From Raillietiella orientalis (lineage: Eukaryota): a DNA stretch of 64,000 nucleotides. Position 1 is the first letter of the stretch. Each line of letters starts with the position of its first letter. The notes beneath the pieces are model-generated. The model had not been told where the DNA came from. It searched no databases and was given only the letters and a program-made list of their open reading frames with translations. The stretch covers positions 1,860,001-1,924,000 of the forward strand of contig JAYWIR010000006.1 in assembly GCA_036172245.1 (NCBI GenBank), in the 5' to 3' direction. Both the position numbers and the translations under genes were made by a program. Shown piece by piece: positions 59,726 through 64,000 of the stretch.

Positions 59726-62149
59726 CCAAGTGATAGTAATCCATCCGTGATGAGATGGCTCCTTCGGGACTCCTGAAAGCGGATGCTTTGCACGCGCGTC
59801 GCGTGCATCGCATAGCGTTCTCACTTTCGTGGACCGAAGGCTGCGGTCAGCAAGAACACAAAGGAGGGATCGAAGTTTAAGATCCGTCCTTTTCGAGGCG
59901 ATCGATCGACGAAAGCGATGGAGAGAGAGACAATGAAGATCCTCGGTTCCTCAAGAACCGAAGACCATCCGGAAGCCCAGCTGCCCTAGCGAAAGTCATC
60001 CTTCCTTCCTCTTCCCTTCCAAAAACAATCGATGGGCGGGCGGGCCTCTGAAAGTACGGAAGGATTCGTTCTTGAAGTACACCCTTTGAAAAAGGAAAGT
60101 GAAGATTCCCACTTTTCACTCCCTCTTCCGCCGCCACTGAGGAATCGACAAGCGAATCCCTCTTTTCGATGATCTTCGGGCAGCTTCTTCGTGGGATGGT
60201 GCCATGAGTGCGCAGATCTGCGGAGGTTCGATGGGATGGAAAGACAGGATGGAGGATGACTGGAGGCATGCTGAGAAAGCAGCACGAAGAAAAGGTGGAA
60301 AGCAGGCGGAGGAAGGGCAACTGCGACCACGGGGAGGACACATTCACGCCCTCCTCACCCCCAGTATTCTCTTGCGGAGTGAACGAGAATTCCAAGAGAT
60401 TCTGAAAGAAGCACATCAAGGCTGCAGGGAATTAGGAGGTCTCGCTGATGACATTAGTGAGGCGCTTCTTCATCGCAGACAAATGCTGGAGTCAAGGCAA
60501 TTCTCCACGTGGGGACCACGAGCTGGTTATCGGAGGTTTGCCTCCGAAACAATTTACATTAGCCAGTTCCCCAAATGCCGCCATTTTTCCCGCAGGCAGA
60601 AAAATCGCAAATTTTAGCGCACTCTTCCATGCTGGTGCCCTCTTGGTCCAGGATGCGGAACGTCGGAATGGCTGCTCCCCTGATTCTGCAAATGGTGAGA
60701 GCTCTAGCAAACAAAGAGCAGCCGCTCCCAGACCTCTGCGAGCCGCGAAAAGAGGTGGATGAAGGACAGGTGCTGTTGCGACCAGCGGGAACGAGGCCAG
60801 CTAAGCCACATAATCCTGAAGTGGCGACGTCTCGGTTGAATCTGGCAGGCTCCTAGGTGAAATTTCCCTACATCCAAAGAGGTGGATAGGGTGGATGCCC
60901 TTTCGAAAAACGGGGAGGTGCATTGTTCCTGCAAAGATGACACGAAGATGCATGCAATTGGACTTCTAAAAGCTGAGTGATGTTTCAGACATCAGACGGA
61001 CGACCAACCGAGAACGAAGCTGTCAGAGGAGAAGCAGAAGGAAATACGTGAAATTCTGAGTTGAAATTAGGAAAATCTCTCGTGCTCACGCTGAGTTGCA
61101 GTTCGCTTCTGATGAGAAGGGGTCCAAAACTCCCTCCCATCGTTGGGAAGGCGCACGGATTCCGTGCCCAGAATATTTTATTATAGAAATAATTATAAAA
61201 CTTGATTAGTGAGCTACGAAAACCTGCTGGCCAAAACTCCAGCAATGAAATCAATTATAGCGAGAGGACAGAGAAAATAACGTGGACACTGATGGTGAGG
61301 AAACTAAACTTCTTCGTTTATACACGATGAGGTGTTTTCCACGTACACGCGGGTGCACATTACATGTTCTCAAACTGATCGATGCGCCTCTGTGTGTTCC
61401 CCAAACGCACTTCTCGCAGAGTCTTGTAATTGTCACGACCTTGCATCACATTTTTCTGATGCAATTGGCTTTTGGCTTCATCCCGGTTCTGGAGGACTGC
61501 GATCCATCGAAGGAGGCATCTCTCCATCCGTGTCTCCAGACGGTCGCCACGAAGTTCGCACGGTCACGATGGTTGCAGAAGAAGGCGCCAGTAAATGCAA
61601 AGCTCCCTCGATAAAGCTTCAGGGGTCAGATGGGAAGAGCGAGGATGAAGATTCCTGCAAGGAGTTTGTCTGCTTTTTGTTAATTCCCAGTTCGAGGGAT
61701 TCTTCTGTTGGCTTCAGCTCATCCAGCAGCACAGAGAGGAGATAGGGTGACGGGAAACCCTCCTTCTGCTTATGCTGTGCACCTCTGGATAAGCCACGCT
61801 TAGAGGTGTTTCTAAGATTGATCGGTCTCGAGGTTCGTTCCCCTTCAGAAAACCGAGAGCCCCATTGCACGGAAGCGCGGCGTGAGAGACGTCAGGAAAC
61901 TTTAAACATCAAGGAAAAAGTAGGTTTTTCGTCTTTTTGTGAATTGGCTTTCCCATGCAAGCCCATTCCTGCACCGTTGACTTCACTCTGAGGAAGTAGT
62001 GTAACGAATGAGATGGAAATCCAAGTTTCAGCTGCTGGAAACATGTACGGGCAGCACGCTCTGCTGGCAAAGGTAGTAACTGGCGATTCGGAGAAATGCA
62101 ATTTCAAAGGGTGGAAATTCTGATCTTTGTGCAGAAGAGATGCAGCTAA

Positions 62150-63650
62150 TCTTGAATCCTGGACTTCATCACGCACTGAGGACAAACAAAAGCTGCAATG
62201 GAAACGGCATCCAAGGATACTGTTTGGTCGCCGAGATACATCAACATGCTCTCCGGGTAGGAATTGACCTTGCTTTCGGAGCGTGGATTCTACATGAGGG
62301 GAGGAATAGATCCCTTCCAATCCTCAATATCTACCTCAATATCCTTCTTGAGAATACTAGAGATGCTTTCACTCACCCTTTCTCGCTTTGAAAACCCATG
62401 GACCTTGTTTGCAAGGAGATCGGTCTTCCTCCGATTGGTGAAGATGACGATGTGTCCAGTGCGTGTTTTTGCTAAACTGCTTGTCGCCACTTCGCGACTG
62501 ATCTGCTTTTCCTGTGTCGGAAGAACTAGAGTTACCTCAGGATCTCGTCGTTCTGAAAATTCTAGAGGACTCACCGCCAATGCTAGGAGCGATTCATGCT
62601 TTCTTCTGGACTGAGAAGAGGAGAGCTTGTTTGCTGCTGCATCTTTCCTCCTTTTTTGTCACGTTCCTTCAAACTCTGCCGCCGATTTTTTGAAGAAAAA
62701 GAAAAGCCTCCAGAATATAGCATCCAGAACGACAAAGAGTAGTGTTCCTTCTCTTCAGCAGGTCGACGGCCAAGAACGTGCCTCTAGCATATTTCCTGGA
62801 TGTGCTGGATATAGGTATGCGTTACCACCATCCTCTTCCTTTGCTTTTGAGAGCAAGGACGTCAGGGTCACTAAGTACATCGTCTCTCTTCAAATTCCAA
62901 GAATCATCGAATCCCTTCTCGCTCTTATCGAAACCTCTTCCTTGTAGGCAAAGGTGGAAGGCAGTTTCTCCGGCTCTGAACTTCGCTTTTCGCTGAGCTT
63001 CTTTCGATGCTGCTGACGAGCTTTAATTTTGGCAGATAGCAGCAAGGAGGATAATCAGACTATCGTTCTGGAGCGCCAGACCCGATCACCTAACTCTTGG
63101 ACCGACTTCTGGTGTTGGCTGGCAGGAGGCTCGCCAATTCCACTCTGCCCATGCCGACCATTTTCGACACATAGAGTTCGCATCGCTTCTTTCACAAAGA
63201 GCTGCTTGCACGGGTGAGTAGGTTGAGGCAGGTAGCACGTACGAAACGGGATTCATCTGATGTTCGTGGTCGCCCTTATGCAGGAGGTGGGTTGATGCAT
63301 GATGCTGTCCAAAAATGTAGCCCTTGCAAGGTCAACGCAGGACGTAACTTTGCCCTAATCTGGGTATCTTTCGACGAGGAAGAGCCATGCCTTCTGGGCT
63401 GAGGCATGTGTTCTCTGAGGGCAAATCTGCGTCTCGTACACTGATCGGAAGTGATCCCCAACAACTTGCTATCGTCAGTTATCTGTGTTCAAAGATCTAG
63501 CCCGGTTAGATTTGCCCAGATGCTTGATGCCCCTTGTGTCTATTGGATAGCAATGAGCGGGAACAAGGCCAAGGTAGGAAGGAAGCATGGTAGATCAACC
63601 CTAAAGGTCACAAAGGATTTTGGAGGAGTTGCCTTTGTAAAAGCTCGTTG
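62150..63650 (-). mobile_element. Heavily decayed L1/Tx1-like endonuclease-linker remnant
   Basis: Minus strand reads LREHMPQPRR....KDTQIRAKL...SCINP..GDH (cf. WR..NP..R.yT....saRLD...SDH), then SWNLKRDDVLSDP (cf. WKLN.slL.D), then SRRPNSI (cf. SPGPDGI), in the expected order. Confidence 0.4.
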
Positions 63651-64000
63651 GAAAAGATGATCTAATTAGGAATAGTAAAATCCACATCTTGCGATCAAAG
63701 AAAAGCAACATTGAGAACTCATCAGCAAACAAAAGAAGGATTCTGTGACTAATCACTGAGAGTGAAAACAACGGTCCTAGCGTGCTAATGGACTTCTGAT
63801 CCATTAAACTCAGAGCAACAGTCTGAAGGAGAAAGGTCGACGCGAGGCAAGCTCGGGTTAAGAAAGAGCTGATGAGGTACTTGGATTCGCAGTCTTGAAC
63901 AGGCGTGAACGATGCTCGCGATTTCGAGGAAGAGAGGGATTCACTTCTTCCGCTGCGAAGTGCAACTTCTCACTCAAGCGGCTGCAGGAACTTTGACGCT

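Noticed and set aside
8029..63880. Hammerhead ribozyme cores at CTGATGA occurrences (e.g. about 8029, 61109, 63869)
   Set aside because: None is followed by a stem II and GAAA in the required geometry.

Overview
Eukaryotic (most likely arthropod) genomic DNA, not prokaryotic. Most entries in the ORF track are chance ORFs in GC-rich intron or repeat sequence. The only host gene I can support is a spliced + strand Sidestep-family (nephrin-related) Ig-superfamily adhesion receptor. Nine GT-AG exons between 12766 and ~38500 join without a stop into Ig2-Ig3-Ig4-Ig5-FN3-TM, followed by a less certain cytoplasmic exon. The expected N-terminal V-set Ig domain (about 11570-12520) is recognisable only as frame-disrupted remnants. 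The rest is a layered repeat landscape. It includes a cluster of L1/Tx1-clade non-LTR retrotransposon copies (44-58.5 kb) that share a structured 3' end without a long poly(A) tail, and decayed Gypsy-like and P-element-like remnants in introns. There is also a 1.5 kb foldback element with 382-bp inverted arms, and an unclassified non-coding dispersed repeat of about 1-1.4 kb with an internal tRNA-like A/B box; two of its copies share an almost identical 834-bp core. Several short fold-back hairpins sit at element junctions. I found no rRNA, true tRNA, CRISPR array or clearly new protein system. All alignments and translations were done by eye.
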